A stretch of DNA of 64,000 nucleotides. It comes from Tubulanus polymorphus (Eukaryota > Animalia > Nemertea). Made by a program: the position numbers and the translations under genes. Below, one piece after another: positions 1-12,070 of the stretch. The notes under the pieces were generated by a model, which had not been told where the DNA came from, did no database searches, and was given only the letters and a program-made list of their open reading frames with translations. The stretch lies in contig NC_134025.1 of assembly GCF_964204645.1 (NCBI RefSeq), forward strand, positions 31,476,299 to 31,540,298, given 5' to 3'. Each line of letters opens with the position of its first letter. Within the stretch, counting starts at the first letter, position 1.

Positions 1-414
1 GTCGCCCCGGAATTTGGGTCAGATTCGCGTCCGAAGTCCTGTACGTCCGAGTTAATCCGAGCCTGTGGCCGCAATTTAGGAATGAACGGAATCCCCATTG
101 ATGTCGTCATACGCCTTGTTCAGGAAACCCCTCCATAAAAACCGTGAGTTTCACTTTTTTGAAACATATTTTACTGTAAGAATCAATGTTTATATGTTCT
201 GATTTAAACCTGCGGCTGCAAAAAACTCAGAAGCCTAGATTAGGGATTAGGGGAGGGGGTATAGGCCGGATAATTGAAGAGACCAGCTTTGATGTATGTG
301 GCGTGATGTGTTAGTTTGTTGCGCTCTTCTCTCCCCCCACCCCCTCCATGACTCCATGATTTGAAAGTTTAACAATGTGTTTCCATGCCTACATACCAAA
401 CATCAGTTGGGCCT

Positions 415-502
415 GACACTAAACGTTTTTGACCCCAGTATCCTAGGTAATATATAGCCTATGATAGCACCTAGGATACTGGGGTCGAAAGTGTTCGTGT
501 CA
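415..502. mobile_element. Short foldback/MITE-like hairpin, copy 1
   Basis: Arms TTTTGACCCCAGTATCCTAGGT (427-448) and ACCTAGGATACTGGGGTCGAAA (469-490); same family at 659-791 and ~55468-55545. Confidence 0.6.
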
Positions 503-658
503 TTTCCATGTCGGTTCCACTCTTCAGTTCAATATCAGTAAGTTGTAAATTCTTACATGAAACGTTTACTATGAAGCCTCTCCTAATTTCCACCAGTATA
601 AAACGACCCTTGCTATGTCCCATCATTCCTAATAGCCGTAGTCTAACCCAAGAACACC

Positions 659-791
659 TGCAATCACAGGGACTTGACACATAAGGCTTTTGACCCCAGT
701 ATCCTAGGTACTATATATAAAAAGTATTTTTATATTCAGTACCTAGGATACTGGGGTCAAAATCCTTTTGTGTCAAGTCCCTGTGCCTGCA
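659..791. mobile_element. Short foldback/MITE-like hairpin, copy 2
   Basis: ~54-bp near-perfect inverted arms (659-712 vs 738-791) around an AT-rich loop; core identical to copy 1. Confidence 0.65.
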
Positions 792-863
792 ATTTTAGAT
801 TGCCACATTATTTACCTATTGCTCTTTTCTTCATTTTAGAATTAATATTTTGATTGTTTATTA

Positions 864-3800
864 ATGAGTCGAATAATTGGGCGTTTAGTCCGATCATTGA
901 CGACAACATCATCACTAATTAAACCTTCATCAATATTCATAAAACCAGCAGCAGCAGCAGTGCGATCTACACCAGGATTCATAGTCAACTTCCGCAGGTA
1001 AATGCATCACAAACCTAGTACAGTGGCCTCCACAAGTTTTAAACATCTCTCACATTAAGATTTATATCGATTTCAATCACTACACATTTTATAATAATTA
1101 TTTAATTGTAGTAGTAAAAATACTGAATACAGTTAAACTCACGACTTTGTTTGGATCAGTCATTGTCCCATACTGATGTCATCTCTATTTTAGAGTCTCA
1201 AAATTTGTATTTCTAATTCAATTCAGTGTAGGCCTAAGTCATTGTCATTGTGATAAATTATCGTCACAACTACAATGACGCTGAGCGAGTTTTACTGTAA
1301 TCAGTTCACTAAAACCTATCATCACTGCTTTCTGTGCCCGAGTTCTTTTTACGTAATTTAGTTGAAACGTTTGTTTAATTAGTTTTTGATTTGTTTCTCG
1401 ATGGTTAGTTGTATTTCTGGCCGACGGGGAATAATGGCGTCTCCGCAAGTCGTTGAAAAAGCTAAAGAATTACGAGCAGAACGGCAACGCAGGTTAGACT
1501 TATAGCGCCATCTATAGTCTATTTGTGTAAATGTCTGCTTCATTTTACGCTGTTGCTTTGTATATACTCAATTTGCTTTTCCTTGTTTCTCCTTCCTGAG
1601 TTCGATGGCATCAATAGAGAAGTTGTTTTTTGTTCATGGTTTTTATTTTTGATCTACAGTGATCTAATGTCTGAAAAGAGGTAAAGAAATAAAACACCAT
1701 TTCTGATATATTCTGAAATCTAAATTTTGACGTTTCTATTTTTAAACTCTGTTATGAGTGGAAGACATTTTAATGTTTGTTTGCTTTACTTGTCCTTGTT
1801 TTAGCTTTTTGTGTCTCATGTCAAACTCTTTCTCTCGCTTCAAAACAACACTAATAAATAATGCGGTTCAGTTTCTTATCTCTTCAAAAATTAATCATTT
1901 CAACCATTTAACTGAAATCCTCGCTTTACAGAGACTAGCATGTTTTTTTTTTCTAATCTTTCTTCAGTTTGTTGTTCATTTTATTTGAATAACTTTTTGT
2001 GATAAAGTACACATGTAGTATGTTAATTCCGTGTTAGTTCAAATAGACCAAGTTCAAATTGATTTGAAAATAAATATTGCTATCTATAAAACATCTATTT
2101 TCAGTTTATCGTGTTGTAATTGCGGGTTTTTCCAAAACAGCCTGCATTCTATAGCTTCATTTACTTCATTGCGTTTCAAATTTGAATTTGGCAATTATTT
2201 AATGTTACCTTAAACTGCAGATAGTCCCAGTATTTAAGATAATTACCTTGATGATTAATTAATGCTATTAATTATATTATACCTATCAATAGTCGTCGTA
2301 ATTGAGATAATTATATTATTTTCAGTTATTCAGAGATAATTGAAGAAGAGAAAAGAATGACTGATTTATCGCAGTATATTTTACCGAATGAAACCGGTAT
2401 TTGTTTGTTAGAATATGAAACAGCGTATAATGGTTTAACTGATACAGAGAAACAATACGCTCACTATATAGGACAGGCTAGTTGGTATGGAGGTCTCATC
2501 TGTCTATTACAGGTAATTTATGAAACTTTTCTATCCAGGCAACAAGGAAACCAATTAATGGAAATTTGGTTTAAGTTCACTGTTGGACAAACATCACCAC
2601 CAGTTAATGTGAAACATTAAAATGTGAAACATTAAAATGTGAAACATTAAGAGCATATTAAGATTATTGTTATATTTTGTGTTGGAACTAGTCAAAATTA
2701 ACCCCCTACGACTAATATCCTAGATCACCAATATGGGAAGTTTATTGACTATACAGTGATTCGATTAATTCTATATTTCAGACGTCTCCCGAAGCGCCAG
2801 TTGTTTATAGTCTGTTACAGAAGATTTTCCGCGCTGAATCCGTTGAGAAGCTGGAAGCGGTTGCTAAGGAATCTGGCGTCTGCCAAGAGGAGTTCGTCGC
2901 ATTTCAGATTTATGCGTCTGCTATCTATTCTAACATGGGCAATTATAAATCTTTTGGCGACAGTAAAATAATTCCAAACATCAACAAGGTAGATTATTGA
3001 CTACATGAGTCATGACTTCAATGACTTTTATAAGTCATCACATTGATTAGTCTGAAGTCATCTATTTTTACGTCCCGATTTGTATTTATAATTCAATGCA
3101 CTAAGTGTAAGTCATCACTTGGATAAGTCGTCACATTACTGAAGTCATCTCTATTTTTGGGTCCCGATTTGGATTTTCTAATTCAAATTACTAAGTCTAA
3201 GTCATCATTTAGATGAGAAGTCATTTTCCCAATTACAACGACTTCAGCAGCGACTTATGACTTTATCTATTGATGGTTTAATTGTAGGATAAACTGGAGT
3301 TGATCATTAAAAACAGTGAAGCTTTTAAAAACGATCCTAAAAATGTCAATAAATTATGGGACGCCGTGAAAGATGATATTTATGATTTAGAAGAGAGAAA
3401 GAAATCGTTAGGTCTCGGAAAAAAGGTACAAATCTCAGATACGAGATATCTTAAATTATCAGATTTTGTCTGAATCAGAAATATGAGATATTTTGCTGGA
3501 ATATGAGATATTGTGTAGAGATATCTATGATGATTCTTATTTTTAGGGAATTACGACTTATTTCTCATCAAATTGCGATCAAACTGATGCTGATCTCATT
3601 CAGGAATTCTTCAAGGAAAAGGTAAAGATTTGAAAGAGGAAGCTGAGAGTTAGATTCTGAATACTGAATCAGTGAAATTGTTGTTTTGTATGAATTTCAG
3701 AATTTAAGCGCCTATAACACAAGATTGTTTAAAACTGTAGATAACGCTGGGAAACCTGTTTATGAAATCAGATTAGCTTCAGTTGATACAACAGGTATTT

Positions 3801-6800
3801 CTACACACTACATTGTATTACCACTATTCTACATTGTATTACCACTATTCTACATTGTATTACCACTATTCTACATTGTATTACCACTATTCTACATTGT
3901 ATTACCACTATTCTACATTGTATTACCACTATTCTACATTGTATTTCCACTATTCTACATTGTATTACCACTATTCTACATTGTATTACCACTATTCTAC
4001 ATTGTATTTCCACTATTCTACATTGTATTACCACTATTCTACATTGTATTACCACTATTCTACATTGTATTTCCACTATTCTACATTGTATTACCACTAT
4101 TCTACATTGTATTACCACTATTCTACATTGTATTACCACTATTCTACATTGTATTACCACTATTCTACATTGTATTACCACTATTCTACATTGTATTACC
4201 ACTATTCTACATTGTATTACCACTATTCTACATTGTATTACCACTATTCTATAATTTATTACCTTAGTACTATAATGTACTACATTGTAATATCGTTACA
4301 CACAATGTATTACTGTTTGCATGAACTGTATTACCATTAGTACTACATTGTAATATCGTTACACACAATGTATTACTGTTTGTATGAATCGTAATAATTA
4401 TATTGATTTTATAGATAGTAAACAGGTCGGAGGATATAGAGCAGTTCCAGAAATCGGAACTTATCAATTCACGCCGAAACATAAAGACGAAGCAGTAACT
4501 ATAAACGTAGTTCGAGGGGATTATTCACCGTTACTCAAACAGGTCGTCGACAATTTGAATAAAGCGAAACAATTCGCGTCGAATGAGAATCAGAAAAGAA
4601 TGTTAGAAGGATATATCGAGAGTTTTACAACCGGTTCGATACCAGCTCATAAAGACGGCTCGAGATACTGGATCAAAGATAGAGGACCGATCGTTGAGAA
4701 GTAAGTAATACAGCTGGAGCCAACCTTCAGCCACGCCTGGAGTCACCCCATCAACCTGGTGCCACCCTATGAGTCTCTGAAATCACACTTCAGCTCCTGG
4801 AGCCAACCCTTGGTCTCTGGGCCCACACTCTCAGTCCCTTGAGCCACACTTCAGCCCATGGAGTCACCCACAACCTGGTGCCCCTTTTAGATGGAAACCA
4901 ACCGATTGCCTAATCATCATTATTTTATGAATTACTGGGAAATAATAGAATGATTAAATGAATGTTTATTATTTAATTTACAGTTATATCGGTTTTATAG
5001 AGTCGTACCGAGATCCAGCAAAAACAAGAGGAGAATTTGAAGGTAAAACTCATTATATTTTAAAACGCTGATTAAATTGATCGATCTGAAATGAATATTT
5101 ATTTATATTTCAGGATTTGTTGCTGTTGTGAATAAAGAAATGAGCGCGAAATTCACGGAATTAGTCGAACACGCCGAACACCTGTTACCACAGTTACCGT
5201 GGCCGTCTGCTTACGAGATGGATAAATTCTTACGCCCTGATTTTACGTCGTTAGATGTGATGGTTTTCAGCGGTAGCGGAATACCAGCGGGAATCAATAT
5301 TCCTAACTGTAAGTCATTGTTGTCATCGTTAATTAAATTTAAAATCGTGTTTCGTTCTGATTTCGCGAATTATTTTTATTTGAAGACGATGAAATCCGTC
5401 AAGACGAAGGCTTTAAGAATGTGTCGCTAGGCAACGTGTTATCAGCCGGATATAAAGACACTAAAGTCACATTCCTTACCGACTCGGACAAGGTCAGAAT
5501 TAAACCCATCATTTATACCTATGTATTATTTTTACTCTAAGACTAATAAATTGGTGTATTGTTTCTGCAGGAGTTATTCCAGGAGTATAAAGGTGCATCG
5601 TTTGAAGTTCAGGTCGGGCTTCACGAATTGTTGGGTCACGGCAGCGGAAAACTTTTCCAACGTGAAGCGGATGGAAAATTCAACTTCGATATCGACCACG
5701 TTAAACACACTGAAACTGATGACAAGGTAAACAAAACTCTTCTTCAAATATATATATATATATATCATCTGGTATGAATATATCTGGACCCGGTTCTACA
5801 GTTGTGAGTTAGAGTTAACTCTGAGTTAAAGTTAGTTCATTTTCAATTAGTTAACTGTAGAGTTAAATCTTAACTCAGAACTGTGGAACTGGATCCTGAT
5901 TCATAATCCTCGCTCATATATCTATTTGTCCTATCTGTATCTCAGTCATTGTCTCTTAGTTCCCGTTTCTAACCTTCCTTAGTATTATCTATATTTTAAA
6001 TTTACGGTTAATCATTATCAAATTATTTACATTTCTGTGATGATGAAGTTCAGTCAAATCTTTCGAAATTGTCGGAATAAATTATTATATCATCCAACTG
6101 TGGGTTTTACTCATTAACTCTGAAATACTGAGATTAATTGTTGTGTGTTGGTCTCCTCTCTGTTTTTCGTCGGGTACCGAGTATCGAGTGGATTAAACCC
6201 TTATTATTATTAAACCCTTAAGCTTTATGTTTCCATCTCAAACACGCTGATCATGGCGTCCACGCTCCCTCTACAAAAAACACATCACACAATCAATATT
6301 ACTATATAACATTATATCTGAATCTTCCAGTCAAATTGATCTGTTGCTGCCTCTATCGAGCAAACATCTTGGCAGCTTGTTCTGAGGTAGTATTATTTGG
6401 CTACAGAGATCAGTTTTGTATTTGTAGATTAAATCATGGTATGAACCTGGAGAAACTTGGAATTCTAAATTTTTGAATATAAGCTGCTCATACGAAGAAT
6501 GCAGAGCGGAATGTGTCGGTCTTTATTTGTGTCTGAATTCAGAAGTTTTGAGGTGCAGTAAATCTCTTCATTTCTGTAGTTTCTTTCTTTCGTTCAAATT
6601 CAAAAATCATTCAAATAAAAAAAAAACCGGTTTCTATTATTGTAGAATATTTGGTCACGATGGAGATAAAGCCGATGATATAATCTATGTGAATTGGTTA
6701 TGTATGGTTAGAGCAGGTTTACTGGCTTTAGAATTCTACAACCCACAGTCGAGAGCTTGGGGTCAGGTAAAAACAAAACCCAGAAAATCTCAACGATTAT

Positions 6801-9251
6801 TAGCGGTTTTGGATTTTACAATTAGTTGTTTTGTATTTTAGGCTCATATGCAAGCGAGGCATGTGATTTTGAGGGTTCTGTTAGAAGCCGGTGAAGGACT
6901 CGTAACTTTGAATAAAACCGTCGGTGAAGATGGCGATCCTGATTTACTGATTCAACTAGATAGAAGTAAAATATCATCTGTAGGAAAACCAGCGATCGGA
7001 AAATTCCTCAGGAAATTACAGGTAAATAATTCTGAATTCTGGTGAAGTTTCTTTCTATATTTCTCCTCTGGGCTCTACAGGATCCTGACAATGACAGAGT
7101 TTCTTTCTGTAGTTCTTCTCTGAGCTCTACAGGATCCTGACAATGACAGACTCACAAATGAGTTTCTTTCTGTGGTTTTCTGAGCTCTCCACCCCTGACA
7201 ATTGATTGTTAGAATCCTGACAGTGACAGAGTTTCTTTCTGTAGTTCTTCTCTGAGCTCTCCACCCCTGAAAATTGATTGTTTGAATCCTGACAGTGACA
7301 GAGTTTCTTTCTGTAGTTCTTCTCTGAGCTCTCCACCCCTGACAATTGATTGTTTGAATCCTGACAGTGACAGAGTTTCTTTCTGTAGTTCTTCTCTGAG
7401 CTCTCCACCCCTGACAATTGATAGTTTAAATCCTGACAGTGACAGAGTCTCTTTCTGTAGTTCTCTGAGCTCTCCACCCCTGACAATTGATAGTTAGAAT
7501 CCTGACAGTGACAGAGTTTCTTTCTGTAGTTCTTCTCTGAGCTCTCCACCCCTGACAATTGATTGTTTGAATCCTGACAGTGACAGAGTTTCTTTCTGTA
7601 GTTCTTCTCTGAGCTCTCCACCCCTGACAATTGATTGTTAGAATCCTGACAGTGACAGAGTTTCTTTCTGTAGTTCTTCTCTGAGCTCTCCACCCCTGAC
7701 AATTGATTGTTTGAATCCTGACAGTGACAGTGTTTCTTTCTGTAGTTCTTCTCTGAGCTCTCCACCCCTGACAATTGATTGTTTGAATCCTGACAGTGAC
7801 AGAGTTTCTTTCTGTAGTTCTTCTCTGAGCTCTCCACCCCTGACAATTGATTGTTTAAATCCTGACAGTGACGGAGTTTCTTTCTGTAGTTCTTCTCTCG
7901 AGCTCTCCACCCCTTATTGGTCTACTGCATGAGATATAAGGTTGAAATTAGCGATGTAATTGTTAATGATGTTTGATTGTAAGTGTTTAATGATGTTTGA
8001 TTGTAGGTGTATAAAGCTACCGGTGATTATAAATCAGGTAAAGGTTTATATGATCATTATTCTACGATTCATGACGATGAAGATCCACATTTCTTACGAT
8101 TGCGGACGATCGTTTTAAATCGTAAACAACCGAGGAAAATGTTCGTCCAGTGTAACACAACAGTTGAAGGTACGAGAGAGTAACTCATTAAACTTAACCT
8201 TAGAATATTCCTCAAGCCCTGTGCCCCAGCCAGGAATACGAGGTAGCCATGGGCCCCAGCCACTAATGCCCCAGCCAGTAGTACAGGTAGCTCTGTGCCC
8301 CAGCCAGTAGTACGGGTAGCTCTGTGCCCCAGCCAGTGGTACGAGGTAACTCTGTGCCCCAGCCAGTGGTACGGGTAGCTCTGTGCCCCAGCCAGTAGTA
8401 CGAGGTAACTCTGTGCCCCAGCCAGTGGTACGGGTAGCTCTGTGCCCCAGCCAGTAGTACGAGGTAACTCTGTGCCCCAGCCAGTAGTAAGGGTAGCTCT
8501 GTGCCCCAGCCAGTAGTACGAGGTAGCTCTGTGCCCCAACCAGTGGTACGGGTAGCTCTGTGCCCCAGCCAGTAGTACGGGTAGCTCTGTGCCCCAACCA
8601 GTGGTACGGGTAGCTCTGTGCCCCAGCCAGTAGTAAGGGTAGCTCTGTGCCCCAGCCAGTAGTACGAGGTAGCTCTGTGCCCCAACCAGTGGTACGGGTA
8701 GCTCTGTGCCCCAGCCAGTAGTACGAGGTAGCTCTGTGCCCCAGCCAGTAGTACGGGTAGCTCTGTGCCCCAGCCAGTGGTACGAGGTAACTCTGTGCCC
8801 CAGCCAGTAGTACGGGTAGCTCTGTGTCTCAGCCAGTAGTACGGGTAGCTCTGTCCCCAGCCAGTAGTATTGGTAGTCCTGGGCCCCAACCAGTAGTACG
8901 GGTAGCTCTGTGCCCCAGCCAGTAGTATTGGTAGTCCTGGGCCCCAACCAGTAGTACGGGTAATCCTGTGCCCCAACCAGTGGTACTAGTAGACAGGATA
9001 GGAGTTGATAACTGTACTGTGGTTAAGTGAGCTTCCAACCTTACTGTTAGTCACTCCATCTGGTGATGAGATTTCTGACCTCCTAATCACTGAAATATTG
9101 TGTCTTCATTTCAGATGGTAAAGTATCGATGAAATCGTACGAATCCACTCCTGCTGGTTTAATTCAATCGTTTATTGACAGATATCCAGAGCAAATCGAA
9201 ACTGAACTGTTGAAACTCGCTGAAAATGATAAACATCATTTCAATTATTGA
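864..9251 (+). CDS. DPP3: Dipeptidyl peptidase 3 (M49 zinc metallopeptidase), spliced; ~732 aa from ATG 2357, ~787 aa with upstream exon 1a
   Basis: Exons 864-997 (alt 1a), 2326-2512 (ATG 2357), 2782-2988, 3288-3425, 3547-3621, 3701-3794, 4415-4700, 4984-5042, 5114-5308, 5386-5492, 5571-5726, 6428-6552, 6646-6766, 6842-7021, 8007-8169, 9115-9251 (TGA). All GT-AG and phases consistent. Diagnostic motifs [50 protein letters not shown]. Confidence 0.96.
1434..1492 (+). CDS. DPP3: Alternative first coding exon 1b of DPP3 ([19 protein letters not shown])
   Basis: ATAATGGCG start, 59 nt, donor CAG|GTTAGA, phase 2, in frame with acceptor at 2325/2326; an in-frame ATG at 1401 is also possible. Confidence 0.6.
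3808..4250. repeat. 21-bp minisatellite x~21 in a DPP3 intron
   Basis: Unit CTACATTGTATTACCACTATT; explains spurious ORFs 3686-4340. Confidence 0.95.
5786..5896. mobile_element. MITE-like element (PIF/Harbinger-type termini) in a DPP3 intron
   Basis: GGACCCGGTTCTACAGTTGTGAGTTA ... TAACTCAGAACTGTGGAACTGGATCC imperfect terminal inverted repeats; related termini at 16912-17053 and 24652-24889. Confidence 0.55.
7180..7912. repeat. 72-bp minisatellite x~10 in a DPP3 intron
   Basis: Unit CTGACAGTGACAGAGTTTCTTTCTGTAGTTCTTCTCTGAGCTCTCCACCCCTGACAATTGATTGTTTGAATC; degenerate copies back to ~7050. Confidence 0.95.
8218..8985. repeat. 29/30-bp minisatellite x~25 in the last DPP3 intron
   Basis: Unit CTGTGCCCCAGCCAGTAGTACG(A)GGTAGCT. 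Confidence 0.95.
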
Positions 9252-9780
9252 AACAAAGTTCAAAACTGCAAAAAATCAATAAATTTTGTCTAAGAGTATA
9301 ATGTTTATAACAATATACATTATGATTGTAATCAGTAATCAATAAACTCAACACCAGTTTAAATTGTAGTCAATTCATCAATGGGAATTTTCACAGGAAT
9401 CTCTGGATCTTTAAAGACAGACTCAGGTGGGACATGTTCAACATCTAAGTCAAACCCAGTAACACCACACAAATGCTAGGTATTTCTTTATCAGTCTAAG
9501 TGCCACTCAATCGCCTAACGGAAAATCTTCAATACCTGGAGCCTTCGATAGTTGAAGCCATAAGCTCCTCTCGATTTAACTAGTTATTCTATTGCCACGA
9601 TACCATATTTTTGCCCTGCAACGTATGCAAAAAATATTTTCTCGCGCACTGACGTCAAGTGGTAACAGTATGAGGTATAAGTCATGTTTAAAATAACTTT
9701 AGCACTCTTTATGGAGATATTTTTCAGTACCCGGCGTGGCCGCAACCCGCATCAGATGTTCAAGTGCGTTCATTTATGTT

Positions 9781-9928
9781 AACCGTCAAGTGCTGCCCCT
9801 ATTCACATCATTAGCGGATAATGTAGGAACTAAACTGTCGAAACAATCTTCCTACTGTGGCACGCGAGTTATAAGTTAGTTCCCATTTTTACCGTCAACG
9901 ATATGTATAGGGGCAGCACTTGACGGTT
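9781..9928. mobile_element. MITE-like inverted repeat upstream of the zinc-finger gene
   Basis: Perfect 22-bp arms AACCGTCAAGTGCTGCCCCTAT (9781-9802) / ATAGGGGCAGCACTTGACGGTT (9907-9928). Confidence 0.6.
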
Positions 9929-10099
9929 GAGAATTAATGGCACAAATTTCCCCGTAAATATAAAGATCGAAAATGTTTAGGTTTGATTTATAACAGCACT
10001 TCAACACCTCGTTAATGTTCAGCTGATTCACGTGGCGGTGAAAACATTTCTTATAGTGGTGAGTCCCGGGTTCGAATCATCCTCCTTGGATAAATAAAG

Positions 10100-11768
10100 A
10101 TGGCGGCTGTTTTAGACGCAAGCAGCGTCAAGTTGCTACATGTGGTTATTGAGAGGAATAACGATCCCGCACAGAACGGAAAAGAGGAAAAAGAGGAGGA
10201 GATGAGTAGTGTAGAGAATGATGAGGCTGCAACAGGTGACGATAATACAGATGATGATGATGATGACGATTTGGATGAGGAAGATTTGTTGAATGAAGTT
10301 CAAATGTTACCTGATTATATGAAAGAAGAGGGAGAGCAGCAGGACTCAGGAGAAGAACAGCTGGACTCAGGAGAAGAGCAGGCAGACTCAGCAGAAGAGG
10401 ACGAACAGCAGGACTCAGAAGAGGAAGAAAAGCAGGACTCAGGAGAAGAGGAAGAAAAGGAGGACTCGGGAGAAGAGCAGCAGGACTCTGAAGAGGGAGA
10501 ACAGCAGGATTCTGAAGAGGATGACAAAGGTAAGGTAAAGGAAGAGGCCATACTTCAGTCATTTACGTTTCAAAATGGCCACCTATCGAATTGTGAAATT
10601 GAATTATTGTAAATTGTGTAATTGTTGCTTGTCTCTTTGTATAGATAGTGGTAAACGTGGGTTTCTGTGTCCGAGGTGCGGAGATGTATTTCGACGCGAG
10701 GGTAACCTGAAGCGCCACCTGGCCAGTAATTGTCCAACGGATGGATTGTTTCATTGCGACCAATGCGAAAAAACGTTTGAGAAAAAATGCAATTTACGAG
10801 GTCACATGATAATCCACTCGGAAAACAAACCATTTCATTGCGATATCTGCGAGAAAAAGTTCCATCGTAAAAAAGGATTAAAGCGCCATCTACTGGTTCA
10901 TAGCGGCGAAACTCCGTACGAGTGCGCCATCTGTAAGAAACGTTTCAACACGTCGAGTTCGCTGTGTACTCATCGTAGGATTCACAGCGGGGAACGACCG
11001 CACCCGTGCGACAGGTGCGACGCTGCTTTTATAACGTTACAGAGTCTCAAAACGCACCGAGCAGCCGTACACTCCGGACTTAAACCATTTAAATGTGATA
11101 AATGTGAAAAACGGTTCGCTACGAAGGGAAATCTAGGTCGGCATTATAGTTCCCATAGCGACCGTCGTCCGTTTGTTTGTGAAATCTGCGCGATGGCGTT
11201 TAAATCTAGTGAGAAACTGAAACGCCATCATTCGAGCGTTCATTCCGGTTTAAAACCTCACGTCTGCCCGATTTGTAATTTTGCGTTTGCGCAGAAAGAT
11301 AATTTGATCGCTCACGTACGAACTCACACGGGCGAACGTAAGTTTAACTGTACTCAGTGCGATCACGCGTTCTACACGAGTTCACAACTCAGAGCTCACT
11401 TTAACGGTAAACACAGCGGTCTGAGAATACATCAGTGTCATCTGTGCGACCGACGTTACTCGTGGGCGGCTGCGTTACGTCGTCATATACGAGTTCATCA
11501 ACGAGATTATAAACACGTCTGCTCCGTCTGCTCGAAACGTTTCATCGATAAATCGAAATTAACTCGTCATTCGAAAACTCACGAGAAACGACCGAGAACC
11601 GGGTCATCGCCACGACGACCGGCGCGGAAACGGAAGACAGTTGAAACCGATTTAAAAATGAAAACTGAACCTGGTTTTATTCCCAGTCATAGGTTTAATA
11701 CTAGATCCAGGAATAATAATAATACATTGTTAGATTGTAGTATGATTAAAACTGAACCTATAACTTAA
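10100..11768 (+). CDS. C2H2 zinc-finger protein, ~517 aa: acidic repeat N-terminus plus 11 tandem fingers
   Basis: Exon 1 10100-10529 (AAGATGGCGG start; D/E-rich EEQQDSG repeats), phase-1 intron GTAAGG...ATAG, exon 2 10645-11768 with CxxC...HxxxH fingers and SGE(K/R)P linkers. First finger ends in Cys (C2HC); basic RRPARKRK near the C-terminus. Confidence 0.9.
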
Positions 11769-12070
11769 ACCTAGTTTTATATGTGAAACCAGTTTTATAT
11801 GTGAAACCAGTTTTATACAATATAAAAAGCTTAGTTTTTATACATGTTAATCAGTGAATTTTTTGGTTCAATGCGTTTTAGGATTCAATGACTCGAGACT
11901 CCTCATCCTCTGTGTAGGGTTATCCTCAATCCTCATCCTCTATGTAGGGTTATCTGGAAGTCTTCATCAGCCATGTAAGGTGTGACCCTAACGCATCATG
12001 CACGTGAAGGTGTATGAATTCAAGGATCAAGTGGAAGAACGATTTAAAAAAAATTAGAGTGGACAAAGTA

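Noticed and set aside
3686-4340. Long ORFs (FYIVLPL)n, (YYHYSTL)n and (VVIQCRI)n
   Set aside because: Translations of a stop-free 21-bp intronic minisatellite; only 3701-3794 is a real DPP3 exon.
7127-9038. ORFs of 160-292 aa on the minus strand
   Set aside because: Read-throughs of the 72-bp and 29/30-bp minisatellites within DPP3 introns.
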